Assembly: GCA_034370405.1 (NCBI GenBank)
Contig: JAXMKY010000026.1
Coordinates: 2,740-66,739 of the forward strand
Direction: 5' to 3'
DNA: 64,000 bases
DNA from: Bacteroidales bacterium
GTDB lineage: Bacteria; Bacteroidota; Bacteroidia; Bacteroidales; JAAYJT01
Part shown: in pieces, positions 1 through 10,700 of the stretch
How the letters are laid out: every line of letters begins with the position of its first letter
How positions within the stretch are numbered: position 1 is the stretch's first letter
The notes under the pieces: model-generated
Database searches by the model: none
What the model was told of the DNA's origin: nothing
The model's input: only the letters and a program-made list of their open reading frames with translations
Program-made: the position numbers and the translations under genes

Positions 1-589
1 ATCAACGCTGATGAATCTGATCGGCTGCCTCGACACGCCAACATCAGGCCAGTACTGGCTGAATGGCAAGGATGTGAGCAAGATGGACGACAATAGCCTG
101 GCCGAAATCCGGAACAAGGAAATTGGTTTCGTGTTTCAAACCTTCAACCTGCTACCCAGGTCCACTGCCTTAGAAAATGTGATGTTGCCGCAAATTTACG
201 CAGGAATCGGAAAGGCTGACCGCATTGACCGCGCCACCGAAGTGCTTACCTCGGTAGGACTGGCAGATCGTATTACACACAAGCCCAACGAACTTTCGGG
301 TGGCCAACGGCAAAGGGTGTCCATGGCCAGGGCTTTGGTAAACAAACCTTCAATCATTCTGGCCGACGAGCCCACTGGCAATCTCGACTCAAAAACAACC
401 ATCGAGATCATGGGACTGATTGAGGAAATACACAAAGCAGGAAATACCATCATCGTGGTAACGCACGAAGAAGACATTGCCAGGCATGCTCACCGCATCA
501 TTCGGCTGATTGATGGGCAGGTTGACTCCGATACGTTGAATAAGAAAATCAGGACTATGGAATATTATCAGGGTATGATAAAAGCATAA
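1..589 (+). CDS. ABC transporter ATP-binding protein, MacB/LolD-like (5' end lies outside the window)
   Basis: The frame is open to the window edge. Nt 2-10 encode ..STL, completing a Walker A end before MNLIGCLD. Q-loop FVFQ, signature LSGGQRQR, Walker [12 protein letters not shown] and H-loop VVTHE are present. Confidence 0.9.
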   Translation, partial: STLMNLIGCLDTPTSGQYWLNGKDVSKMDDNSLAEIRNKEIGFVFQTFNLLPRSTALENVMLPQIYAGIGKADRIDRATEVLTSVGLADRITHKPNELSGGQRQRVSMARALVNKPSIILADEPTGNLDSKTTIEIMGLIEEIHKAGNTIIVVTHEEDIARHAHRIIRLIDGQVDSDTLNKKIRTMEYYQGMIKA

Positions 590-680
590 TTGCTAAATTC
601 CAGGTTTCTGACTTTAAGGTATCTCTTTAAAAAACATCTAAGCAGATTTTTCGTTCTAAAACCCCAATGATCAGGAAAGC

Positions 681-1244
681 ATGAGCGAAAATTTGAAAAT
701 TTATACCAAAACCGGCGATAAAGGTGAAACCAGCTTATTGGGTGGCACCCGTGTACCTAAATATCACGACCGCATCGAAGTTTATGGCACCATTGATGAG
801 TTGAACTCTTTCATCGGCCTTATTCGCGACCAGGATATTGATCATAATACCGCCGAGGTGTTGCTCGAAATACAGGATCGCCTGTTTACAGCTGAGTCGT
901 TGATAGCTGCCGACCCCGATATTTCACCCAAAACAGCCTTGCCACAGCTTTTCGAGGAGGATGTTGTGTTGCTCGAAAAAGAAATAGACAAGATGAACGA
1001 AACCTTACCGGAACTGACATCGTTTATACTTCCGGGTGGGCATCCTGTATCGTCACTGGCACAGGTGGCACGTTGCGTGTGCCGGCGCGCCGAGCGATTG
1101 ACAATTAAGCTCGATCGCGAAAAAACGGTTGACCCTATAGTGATTCGATACCTCAACAGGCTATCAGATTACCTTTTTGTGCTGGCCCGAAAAATTATCT
1201 ATGACAGCAACGGTTTTGAAACTCCCTGGAACGCAAGAAGTTAA
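681..1244 (+). CDS. ATP:cob(I)alamin adenosyltransferase, PduO type
   Basis: The N-terminus IYTKTGDKGETSLLGGTRVPK..RIEVYGTIDELNSFIGL is typical of the PduO/MMAB family, and the 187-aa size fits. Confidence 0.85.
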   Translation: MSENLKIYTKTGDKGETSLLGGTRVPKYHDRIEVYGTIDELNSFIGLIRDQDIDHNTAEVLLEIQDRLFTAESLIAADPDISPKTALPQLFEEDVVLLEKEIDKMNETLPELTSFILPGGHPVSSLAQVARCVCRRAERLTIKLDREKTVDPIVIRYLNRLSDYLFVLARKIIYDSNGFETPWNARS

Positions 1245-1316
1245 GTTTTACTTTTTATATTTCTTTTAACCTTTTCAGAAATTACACGCAGGGCTTGTTT
1301 TTTATAGTTTAAATTT

Positions 1317-1324
1317 TACTTTTG
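1317..1324 (+). promoter_or_regulatory. Bacteroidota -7 box TAnnTTTG (TACTTTTG)
   Basis: Exact match, 25 bp upstream of ATG 1349. Confidence 0.5.
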
Positions 1325-1348
1325 CAAAAAAATTAAACCCCTTGTAGA

Positions 1349-1570
1349 ATGTACTGGACCTTAGAACTGGCATCAAAGCTTGAAGATGCTCCCTGGCCTG
1401 CCACCAAGGATGAGTTGATTGATTTTGGGCAGCGGTCAGGTTCTCCCCCTGAAGTGATTGAAAACCTTCAGGAAATTGAAGATGAGGGAGAGATTTATGA
1501 AAGCATCGAAGATATCTGGCCCGACTACCCTACGAAAGAAGATTTCTTTTTTCACGAAGACGAGTACTAA
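1349..1570 (+). CDS. DUF2795-family small protein
   Basis: 73 aa. The motif PWPATKDELIDFGQRSGSPPEVIENLQ resembles the DUF2795 core. A TAnnTTTG box lies 25 bp upstream. Confidence 0.65.
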   Translation: MYWTLELASKLEDAPWPATKDELIDFGQRSGSPPEVIENLQEIEDEGEIYESIEDIWPDYPTKEDFFFHEDEY

Positions 1571-1580
1571 ATTCAAAGCC

Positions 1581-1602
1581 AAGCCGCCCCAACAGGCGGC
1601 TT
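1581..1602 (+). terminator. Hairpin 3' of the DUF2795 gene (weak intrinsic-terminator candidate)
   Basis: aagccgcc / ggcggctt form an 8-bp stem with a 6-nt loop, 11 nt after the stop. The T-tract is poor (ctgcattt). Confidence 0.35.
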
Positions 1603-1610
1603 CTGCATTT

Positions 1611-1720
1611 GTACAGGGGTTATACTTTGAACGGTCATAAATGCAGTAGTCCCGCCGGTGCGGGAGCAGCGGCAACAGGCAGTAAGCAGGACTACTGCTG
1701 CTAACTGCCACTGCCGCTCA
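1611..1720 (+). repeat. GCAG-rich structured intergenic repeat, copy 1
   Basis: Modules ggttatactttgaacggtcataaatgcagtag plus a GCAG/CTGC palindromic block. It is homologous to the reverse complement of 50461-50545. Confidence 0.8.
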
Positions 1721-1777
1721 GTTGTTCCTGATTGTAGTATACATACCTAGTTTGTGCCTCAGCTTTCAAATTTGATG

Positions 1778-1785
1778 TAACTTTG
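1778..1785 (+). promoter_or_regulatory. -7 box TAACTTTG upstream of secA
   Basis: Exact match, 69 bp upstream of ATG 1854. Confidence 0.4.
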
Positions 1786-1853
1786 CGCACCTAAAATTCG
1801 AGGAGTACCATATCCGAAGTGCAAAATAATTCTCTCAACATATATCGTCCAGG

Positions 1854-4800
1854 ATGATTTCTTTTTTCAGACCTTTTTTTAAGACCAAATCTCACCGTGA
1901 TGTCGTTGCTCTTAAACCCTTGTTGGAAAAAACCAAGAAGGCCTACGAATCCATCTCACAACTCAGCAACGACGAACTCAGGGCAAAGACCTACCAATTC
2001 AGGCAACAAATTCATGAAGCCATCGCAGCCGAAGAGCAACATATTAGCGAGCTGAAACATCGGATTGGCACTGAATATGAAATGGATTTCGCCGAAAAGG
2101 AGATTATTTATCAGGAGCTCGACCGCCTCGAAAAAGAAAGTTATAGCAAAACACAAGACATACTGAATCAAATATTACCTGAGGCTTTTTCGGTTGTAAA
2201 GGAAACTGCACGCCGTTTCAAAGAAAACGAAGTGGTGGAGGTTACTGCTACTGATTTCGACCGCGAATATGCTACCACCAAAGGTTATGTGGAAGTGAAG
2301 GGAGATAAAGCTTACTATCGAAATTCCTGGGCAGCCGGAGGAAATAAAATTACCTGGGACATGGTGCATTACGATGTGCAGCTAGTCGGTGGTATGGTTC
2401 TGCACGAAGGAAAAATTACTGAAATGGCCACCGGTGAAGGTAAAACATTGGTTGCAACCCTGCCTGTTTACCTCAACGCGCTACCCGGTAAAGGGGTTCA
2501 TATTGTAACGGTGAACAACTACCTGGCCCGTCGCGACTCGGAATGGATGGGCGTATTATTCGAATTTCATGGACTAAAGGTTGATTGTATTGACAAACAC
2601 GAGCCAAATTCTGCTGAACGCCGCGCTGCATACCAGGCTGACATCACCTATGGAACCAATAATGAATTTGGTTTCGACTACCTGCGCGACAATATGACCC
2701 GCAATATTGATGAATTGGTGCAACGCTCGCACAATTATGCCATTGTTGACGAAGTTGACTCAGTGTTGATTGACGATGCCCGCACACCCCTTATCATCTC
2801 TGGCCCTACACCCAGGGGCGACAAACAGGAATTTGAAAACTTCAAGAACGAAGTTCAAAAGCTCTACAACGCGCAGCGGCAGCAGGTCACTAAAATGCTT
2901 GCCGATTCAAAAAACCTGCTCGCTGAGAACCCACTGCCCGACGACGAGAAAAAAGGTGCTGAGCTATTGTTCCGGTCTTTTCGCGGGCTACCGAAAAACA
3001 AGGCCCTCATCAAGTTTCTGAGCGAGGCCGGAATGAAGGCCCTGATGCTGAAAACCGAAGCTTTTTACATGCAGGAGCAATCGAAGCACATGCACCTAAT
3101 TGATGATGATTTGTATTTTGTGATTGACGAAAAAAACAACTCCGTTGAACTCACCGAAAAAGGTATTGACCTGATTACCTCTGCCTATCAGGACTCTAAC
3201 TTTTATATCCTACCCGATATCGGGGCAGAAATAGCTGATATTGAGAAACTAAACATTTCCGAAAAGGAAAAACTCGAAAAGAAAAATGAGCTGTTGCAGG
3301 ACTTCTCCGTGAAATCTGAAAGACTGCACACCATTAACCAATTGTTAAAAGCTTACACCATATTCGAGAAAGATATCGAGTATGTGGTAATGGACAATAA
3401 GGTGAAGATTGTTGATGAACAGACCGGTCGTATTCTTGAGGGCAGGCGCTACTCTGACGGGCTTCACCAAGCCATCGAAGCCAAGGAAAACGTGAAAGTG
3501 GAAGCCGCAACGCAAACCTATGCCACCGTCACCCTGCAGAATTACTTCAGAATGTACAAAAAGTTGGCGGGCATGACAGGTACGGCCGAAACTGAAGCCG
3601 GCGAACTATGGAATATCTACAAACTTGATGTTGTGGTGATTCCCACCAACAGACGTGTAGTGCGCGACGACAGGGAAGACCTGGTTTACAAAACCAAACG
3701 GGAGAAGTTTAATGCAGTGATTGACGATATAGAGAATCTGATTGACAATGGCAGACCCGTGCTGGTGGGAACCACTTCCGTTGAAACATCGGAGTTGCTG
3801 AGCCGAATGCTCACACGCAAAACCATCAAACACAATGTGTTGAATGCCAAGCTACACCAAAAAGAAGCTGATATTGTGGCCGAAGCTGGCAAGGCAAGCA
3901 CTGTGACCATTGCCACCAATATGGCCGGCCGTGGTACCGACATCAAGCTTGGACCAGGTGTGAAAGAAGCAGGCGGGTTGGCCATCATCGGCACCGAAAG
4001 GCACGAGTCGCGTCGTGTTGACCGCCAGTTGCGAGGCCGTTCGGGTCGCCAGGGCGATCCTGGTTCATCGCAGTTTTTTGTATCACTCGAAGACGACCTC
4101 ATGCGTATGTTCGGATCTGACCGTATTGCAAGGATCATGGACCGCATGGGAATCAAAGAAGGCGAAGTGATCCAACATTCGATGATTTCCAAATCCATCG
4201 AAAGAGCTCAGAAAAAGGTTGAGGAAAACAACTTCGGCGTCCGTAAGCGACTACTCGAATACGACGACGTGATGAATACCCAACGCGAGGTAATCTATAC
4301 CAAGCGTCGTAATGCACTCTACGGCGAACGTCTCTCAATAGATATTTCGAATATGATGTTTGACCTCGCTGAGCAAATCACTGCTGATTACCAGGAAAAG
4401 CGTGATTATCACGGCTTTAGTCTCGAAACACTCAAAACATTGGCCATTGAGCTGCCGGTGAATGAGAAAGATTTTTTTTCGCAAAACACCCAGCAAATTG
4501 CGCAGAAGCTTTTTGAGTCCGTAAGCAAGAACTACCGTTTTAAATCGCATAGCATTGCTGAAAAAGCCTTCCCGGTGATCAAAGAGGTGTATGAAAACCA
4601 GAACCGATTCGAGAATATTGCTATTCCTATCACCGACGGTAAAAAAACCATGCAGGTGGTGGCCAACCTCAGGAAAGCCTATGAAGACCAAGGTCGCGAA
4701 GTTAATGTCGCCATCGAAAAAGGCATCACCCTGGCCATCATTGACGAAGCATGGAAAGACCACCTGCGCGAAATGGATGAATTGAAGCAAAGCGTCCAGG

Positions 4801-5144
4801 CAGCTACTTACGAGCAGAAAGATCCCTTGTTGATCTATAAATTCGAGTCGTTCGAGCTTTTTAAAACACTCATTCAAAAGATCAACCGCGAAATCATTTC
4901 ATTTTTAGTAAAGGGCAAATTACCTTTGCATAGTGCTGAACATGTGAAAGAAGCCCAAGTTCCGCGAGGCACTGACATGCGCAACCTCAAGACCGAGCGC
5001 ACCGATATGCTTGCTGCCGCCGGGCGAATAGGAGAACAGGCCATTACACAACCCATCAGGGTCGAAAAAAAAGTGGGACGCAACGATCCGTGCCCTTGCG
5101 GCAGCGGAAAAAAATACAAACATTGCCATGGCGCAAACCAATAA
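1854..5144 (+). CDS. secA: Preprotein translocase ATPase SecA
   Basis: 1096 aa. Walker [15 protein letters not shown] and DEAD-like [21 protein letters not shown] are present, with the C-terminal zinc motif [14 protein letters not shown]. Confidence 0.98.
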   Translation: MISFFRPFFKTKSHRDVVALKPLLEKTKKAYESISQLSNDELRAKTYQFRQQIHEAIAAEEQHISELKHRIGTEYEMDFAEKEIIYQELDRLEKESYSKTQDILNQILPEAFSVVKETARRFKENEVVEVTATDFDREYATTKGYVEVKGDKAYYRNSWAAGGNKITWDMVHYDVQLVGGMVLHEGKITEMATGEGKTLVATLPVYLNALPGKGVHIVTVNNYLARRDSEWMGVLFEFHGLKVDCIDKHEPNSAERRAAYQADITYGTNNEFGFDYLRDNMTRNIDELVQRSHNYAIVDEVDSVLIDDARTPLIISGPTPRGDKQEFENFKNEVQKLYNAQRQQVTKMLADSKNLLAENPLPDDEKKGAELLFRSFRGLPKNKALIKFLSEAGMKALMLKTEAFYMQEQSKHMHLIDDDLYFVIDEKNNSVELTEKGIDLITSAYQDSNFYILPDIGAEIADIEKLNISEKEKLEKKNELLQDFSVKSERLHTINQLLKAYTIFEKDIEYVVMDNKVKIVDEQTGRILEGRRYSDGLHQAIEAKENVKVEAATQTYATVTLQNYFRMYKKLAGMTGTAETEAGELWNIYKLDVVVIPTNRRVVRDDREDLVYKTKREKFNAVIDDIENLIDNGRPVLVGTTSVETSELLSRMLTRKTIKHNVLNAKLHQKEADIVAEAGKASTVTIATNMAGRGTDIKLGPGVKEAGGLAIIGTERHESRRVDRQLRGRSGRQGDPGSSQFFVSLEDDLMRMFGSDRIARIMDRMGIKEGEVIQHSMISKSIERAQKKVEENNFGVRKRLLEYDDVMNTQREVIYTKRRNALYGERLSIDISNMMFDLAEQITADYQEKRDYHGFSLETLKTLAIELPVNEKDFFSQNTQQIAQKLFESVSKNYRFKSHSIAEKAFPVIKEVYENQNRFENIAIPITDGKKTMQVVANLRKAYEDQGREVNVAIEKGITLAIIDEAWKDHLREMDELKQSVQAATYEQKDPLLIYKFESFELFKTLIQKINREIISFLVKGKLPLHSAEHVKEAQVPRGTDMRNLKTERTDMLAAAGRIGEQAITQPIRVEKKVGRNDPCPCGSGKKYKHCHGANQ

Positions 5145-5159
5145 AACAATCAGTAACAT

Positions 5160-5867
5160 ATGAAATATAAACGCATTCTTCTGAAGCTCAGTGGCGAATC
5201 GCTGGCTGGCGGCAACCGCTACGGCATTGATCCGCAAAAACTTGAAGAATATGCCCGCGAGATACAATCGGTTCACCACCTGGGAGCCCAGGTGGCCATT
5301 GTGCTGGGTGGAGGCAACATCTTCAGGGGACTAAAAGGCAATTGCGGCCCTATTGACCGCGTGCAGGGCGACTATATGGGCATGCTGGCCACCGTTATCA
5401 ATAGCCTGGGATTGAAGGCTGTGCTGGAGAGCTTGGGTATTCCTGCTGTAGTACTGGGGGGGCTTGTTATTGACCCGGTATGCGAAAAGATGAGCCGCAA
5501 ACAAGCCATTCATTACCTCGAAAAAGGTAATGTGGTGATTATTAGTGGTGGTACCGGCAACCCGTTTTTCACCACCGATTCGGCAGCAGCACTGCGTGCC
5601 GTAGAGATAAAAGCCGATGTATTGCTTAAAGGTACACGGGTTGATGGCGTATATTCCGCCGACCCCGAAAACGATCCTACAGCCATTAGATACGATACCA
5701 TTAGTTTTGACGAAGCATATACCAAAGGCTTGAATATTATGGACCTGACCGCATTCACACTTTGCAGCGAAAACAACCTGCCCCTTATTGTTTTCGATGT
5801 AAACGTACATGGTAATCTCCTGAAAATTGTTTCGGGCGAGCCTGTTGGAACGCTGGTAGCCCCCTAA
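5160..5867 (+). CDS. pyrH: UMP kinase
   Basis: RILLKLSGESL, GGGNIFRG and TGNPFFTTDSAAALRA are present. Size is 235 aa. Confidence 0.97.
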   Translation: MKYKRILLKLSGESLAGGNRYGIDPQKLEEYAREIQSVHHLGAQVAIVLGGGNIFRGLKGNCGPIDRVQGDYMGMLATVINSLGLKAVLESLGIPAVVLGGLVIDPVCEKMSRKQAIHYLEKGNVVIISGGTGNPFFTTDSAAALRAVEIKADVLLKGTRVDGVYSADPENDPTAIRYDTISFDEAYTKGLNIMDLTAFTLCSENNLPLIVFDVNVHGNLLKIVSGEPVGTLVAP

Positions 5868-5923
5868 TCAAGGGAATAACAAGCTTGTGTACTTAAACAG
5901 TATATCTTTGGGCAGATTTGCAT

Positions 5924-5931
5924 TATTTTTG
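5924..5931 (+). promoter_or_regulatory. -7 box TATTTTTG upstream of frr
   Basis: Exact match, 27 bp upstream of ATG 5958. A second match, TATCTTTG, lies at 5903-5910. Confidence 0.45.
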
Positions 5932-5957
5932 TAGCACAAGCACTAAAATCACAAGCC

Positions 5958-6521
5958 ATGACCGAAGAAATCCAATTCATAATGGACGAAGCAGCCGAGA
6001 GTATGCAACATGCCCTAGTGCACCTCGAGCGCGAATTTCAAAAGATCAGGGCTGGCAAAGCCAGCCCCCAAATGCTCGAAGGCGTGAAGGTGGATTACTA
6101 TGGTGTACTCTCACCTATTGAGCAAATTTCAAACATTAATACTCCCGACCCACGGCAGATTATCGTTCAACCCTGGGACAAAAAGATGCTCCCCATTATT
6201 GATAAAGCAATCCTGGCTGCCAACCTTGGCTTCAACCCACAAAATAACGGTGAAGTACTACGCATTTTGGTTCCTGCGCTCACCGAAGAGCGCCGTCGCG
6301 AATTGGTGAAACGTTCCAAAAACGAAACAGAAGCAGCCAAGGTAAGCATCCGCAACATTCGTCGCAGCGCCAACGAAGACATCAAGAAACTTGAGAAAGA
6401 AGGCGTTCCGGAAGATGAAATCAAGGTAGCTGAAAAAGAAATCCAATACATGACCGATGCCTTCGTTGCAAAAGCTGATAAACTTCTCGATGCCAAGGAA
6501 ATGGATATCATGACAGTGTAG
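5958..6521 (+). CDS. frr: Ribosome recycling factor
   Basis: 187 aa. LEREFQKIRAGKASPQMLEGVKVDYYG and LTEERRRELVK are present. The pyrH-frr synteny fits. Confidence 0.97.
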   Translation: MTEEIQFIMDEAAESMQHALVHLEREFQKIRAGKASPQMLEGVKVDYYGVLSPIEQISNINTPDPRQIIVQPWDKKMLPIIDKAILAANLGFNPQNNGEVLRILVPALTEERRRELVKRSKNETEAAKVSIRNIRRSANEDIKKLEKEGVPEDEIKVAEKEIQYMTDAFVAKADKLLDAKEMDIMTV

Positions 6522-6610
6522 AAAGCCCTACCAGATTTCTTCGCTTCGCTGCCGTTGTTGCATCCCAACCGGGTATTCGGGGCAGTGTAGGTTGCACGAA
6601 GTAGTGGGCC

Positions 6611-7702
6611 TTAAATCCTTTCCGTTAGTTTTTGTACAATTCTGAATCTTCCCATGAATTCTTTGGCAATCACGCGGATAACCGTGTAGGTAGGTATGGC
6701 CAGCACCATACCAATGATACCTGCTATGCTACCACCCATCAGTAGCACCACAAATATTTCGAGTGGATGGGATTTAACACTGCTCGAATAAATAAATGGT
6801 TGAAGGATAAGATTATCAATGAGGTTTGCACCTAAGAAAGTGCCAAGAACTGTAACGATGACCAGAAAAATCTGATCGTACCCGCCGGTGCTTAGCACGT
6901 TGGTAACGCCCAGTAAAACACCCACAGATGCACCAATAAGCGGCCCCAGGTAGGGTATAATGTTCATACATCCACCCAGGAAACCAATAAGGATGGCATT
7001 CGGGATGTTGAATATACTTAATCCCACGCTGATCAGGATAACCATTGTCATTACTTCGATGCTGATGCCAATGAAGTATCTTGAAAGCAATCGGTTGGTG
7101 TTTCTAAAAACATTATTTGTTTCGGTATGATAGTGCTGTGGAACGATAAGCAGAACCGTTTTCAACACCAAGTGTGAATTTTTAAGCATGAAGAAAGTGA
7201 TGAAGAGAATGGAAAAGATGCCGACGACAAACGATCCGGCAAACGAAAGCAGATTGTTAAAAACGCCTTTTACCCGCTCGATATTTACAATGTCAACAAT
7301 ATTGTTGTTAATCAATGTAATTATTGTCTGATCTTCTTTCAATAGACCAGCATTCTGTAGGATTTGGTCGAACCTGATGAGGGTATTCTGCATGTTTTGG
7401 TTTACACTGTCAACGTCTATTCTGGAGATTAGCGCAGCCTGGTGTGAGCCCAAGGGAACAAAGATGATGAAGAAGGAGGCAAAGATCAGGATGATGAACA
7501 ACAGTGCCAGCAAGCAACTGAGTGAGTGCGGGATACGTAGCCGGCCAACATGAATGTGGCCGAGCAACCTAACGATGGGCTGCCCTATCATGGTGAGCAC
7601 CATGGCTATAATGAAATAGATAACTATGTTTGAGAAATACCAAGCCAGAAAGCCAATGATAAGTAGGGAGGCTATGAGTCCGATAATGCGGGTATTATTC
7701 AT
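6611..7702 (-). CDS. AI-2E family transporter (PerM/UPF0118)
   Basis: 363 aa and polytopic. The IIPYLGPLIGASVGVLLGV-type motif is present. A TAnnTTTG box lies 27 bp upstream. Confidence 0.8.
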   Translation of the reverse strand: MNNTRIIGLIASLLIIGFLAWYFSNIVIYFIIAMVLTMIGQPIVRLLGHIHVGRLRIPHSLSCLLALLFIILIFASFFIIFVPLGSHQAALISRIDVDSVNQNMQNTLIRFDQILQNAGLLKEDQTIITLINNNIVDIVNIERVKGVFNNLLSFAGSFVVGIFSILFITFFMLKNSHLVLKTVLLIVPQHYHTETNNVFRNTNRLLSRYFIGISIEVMTMVILISVGLSIFNIPNAILIGFLGGCMNIIPYLGPLIGASVGVLLGVTNVLSTGGYDQIFLVIVTVLGTFLGANLIDNLILQPFIYSSSVKSHPLEIFVVLLMGGSIAGIIGMVLAIPTYTVIRVIAKEFMGRFRIVQKLTERI

Positions 7703-7728
7703 GGTTTAATGATTTGAGAATGACGAGG

Positions 7729-7736
7729 CAAATATA
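7729..7736 (-). promoter_or_regulatory. -7 box TATATTTG upstream of the AI-2E transporter gene
   Basis: The plus strand reads caaatata, 27 bp upstream of the start at 7702. Confidence 0.45.
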
Positions 7737-7775
7737 ATTAAGTAAAGGCGTGCTTCAACGGGCGATCAATGAATT

Positions 7776-10700
7776 TTACCATCCAGGCATAAAATTCAGT
7801 CCCCACACGCCTTGCGCGTTGCTATTACCGATGAATGGAAAAGCATAATATGGCTCAAGCACCAAAGCACCAAATAAGTTGATACGAATGCTTGCACCGA
7901 TGCTGAATACCGGGTAACGACTGTCCTTCCCAATATTGTTGGGATCAAACTTAGGCTTATCTATTGAGTTCCAAGCTAACCCGCTATCGAAAAACAGGGC
8001 AGCCTCGCTAAAAAGAAACCCTGATTTGATCAGTGCAAGTCGCCTGGGCCCCGTGAGCGGTAACCTTATTTCGGCTGAAACCAGGGCTACACGACTACCA
8101 ACCAGCATGTAGATAAGCGAATCGTTGTTGATGAACATGTCCATGTTATACAGCTTGTTTGAGCTGAAGCCCCGTACCATGCCCGGATAGCCAAGAAAGT
8201 AGTCGTAAAACAAATTATTATCGTTATCGGCATCCTTGCCATACCTGCCATAATGCGACATTCTGAAAGCCAGCGCAAAAGGTTTTAGATAGAAATACTG
8301 CCTGAAGTCGGCCACCGCATTGGTCATGGTCATGCGTCCAAGATACTGGTCGGCTTGCAAGCGCAAGCGGTGGCCCATCATGGGCGATGCCAGCCCAAAG
8401 AAGGAATTATCTTCGACATAAGCACCTGAAGCCCGTAGCAGGTTGAACCCAGGAGGAGTGGGCAGTCGCTCGCGTGTTTGCCCAATTCGAAAATAGCCCT
8501 GGTAATAGTTGTTAAACACATCCAGGCGGTAGTAGTATCGTGCCGCCGAAGTGCCTACCTCAACACGGCGGGTCGTTGACATGGGGTACCAGGCAAACAA
8601 CGATACCTGGTCTTCGAAGGTTCTGAAATTAAAAAGCTTGAGGTTTTCAACGTGTGTCGGCTGGCCTTCAATGAGGATGGTGTCGTATGTTAAACCTAAC
8701 ATTGAATATCTGTAGGGAGCGTGCGAGATGCTTGCGCCCCACTTCAAGCGGCTTTTTTGGTTCAGAAATCCAACTTGTGCACCAAAATCGTATATCTCGC
8801 CATTGAGCGATATGGTCGAAAACATCTGGTTGTTGCCCAGAATATCTCCAAACAGCATAAAAATACCGCCAGCCATACCTGTACCATAATTACCCACAGC
8901 CACACCCATTCCTGTATTTCCGATATAATCAAGGGCAAAGCGGGGCTTGTAAGGTTGCACCTCGAACGAGTCGGCCGGAAAAATGGGTTGTATGGGATTC
9001 AGGGCAATGTTTTCATCAACAAATGTAAAAACACCACGTTGCACTGGTGGCAAAATGGCTGCTGTGAAGTCGGTTTTTGCAGGATCTACTTCTACCCTGT
9101 TGAATTCGTTAAGATCGGCCGAATAGATGGAATATTGCCCCTTATGCAGGTGCGAATACACTATCTTGTTGTTGTTGGATATGCTGAAGGCAGGCGAAAG
9201 CATTGTGATGCCGGTGATCCCTGTCATATAATTGGTCAGGCGAAAAACCTTTCCGCTTTCCGGTTCATATTCATAAAGATTGCGCAGCCCGTCGCGGTTC
9301 GAAAGAAAATAAATCGTCGTGCCCGATGGCGAGAACCTTGGATTCACATTATCGGCTCCCGGAAAAAGCGCTACAAGTGTAATCTGCGATGGGTCTTCGA
9401 TGCTCAAATAGCCGATATTGAAATTATAATTCACCTGGTCGCTTTGTGTTTTTTCGAAGATGCGGTCGGTAGCAAACAGGATATACCGGCCATCGGGCGA
9501 CCAGGAAGGATGAATGTAGGAATATTGATCATAGGTTAATTGTCGGGTTCTGCGGCCTGCAACATCAAATAAATAAAGGTTGGAGAGGCCGTTGACTTGT
9601 CCTGTAAACACAATGTACCTGCCATCGGGTGACCAGCTTGGATTATTGAATGACGGAACACCTGGGATCTCAATCATCTCGGTATTGCGGGGTTGGCTCA
9701 CGTTCACGATGGCCAGGTTGTTCTTGCCTTTGACAATCGCCACATAGGCAAATTGTTTGCTATCGGGCGACCAACTGCCAACAGATTCGAAAAAGTTAAA
9801 CCCATCAATGTCCTGATTGCGGGTCGAGCTGGTTAGCTTGTGCCTTACTTTCCCTGTGGTGGCATCGGCGATAAAGAGGTCGAGGGTGAACAAGTTTTTT
9901 TCGCTGAAAAAGGCAATGAAGCTACCATCGGGGCTTACCGAAGGTGAGATGTTGATTTCACCTGCATTGCGTTCAAAAATCAGTTTGCGGCCGGTAACGT
10001 TGCGCATACTATCAGCGAGCCAGGGTTGATAGTGTTCGATCAGGTTACGCTTCCATGCCTCACTGAGTTCTTTGTGGTCAATCTTCAGCATTTGTTTAAT
10101 GGCTGCTTCGTATCCAACTTTGGCAGTTCGCATAAAAAGCGGACGAACAATGGTGTCGCCGAAAACACCAGCTACGAAAGACCACCATGAATGGCCGTAG
10201 CGGTAAGGATTGTATTTATATTGCCGTGTCATTTTGCGGATGGTCGGAAAGTCGTCGTTGGCCAGCGCATCGCGCATGATCATGGCGGTGTGGGCATCAA
10301 CGCTGCCAATCGAAAGGTATTCGGCCATGCCTTCAACCATCCAGAGAGGCAGGTTTTCAATCATCCGCAACGAGAGGGAATCGTTGTTGATAAGCATGTT
10401 GAACTGGAAAGCATGTACCAGTTCATGCCCCAGCACGTGGTTGGTTTGGGCATTGGTTTCTAACACAGGAATAACCACACGGTTTTTCAATGCTTCTGTA
10501 ACACCTTGGGTTCCGATGCCAATAGATCCGCTTATGGCAGTAGTTTGCTGAAAATCAGGATGGTTTTCGTAGATAATAATGGGATTGCGCGATGGAAATG
10601 TATCACCAAAGATTTCCTGGTGCCGCACAAACCACTTTTCGCTCATATTGGCAAGTTGATTGATCGCTGTGTCGTTGTCGAAGTAATAATACAGCTCAAA

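Noticed and set aside
590-680. Possible cobalamin riboswitch upstream of the cob(I)alamin adenosyltransferase gene.
   Set aside because: The spacer is only 91 nt, and I could not find a B12-box-like sequence or the required multi-stem structure.
8721-9539. A 272-aa plus-strand ORF.
   Set aside because: It lies entirely antisense to the PD40-repeat region of the 1026-aa gene. The sequence is low-complexity and has no motifs, so it is a shadow ORF.
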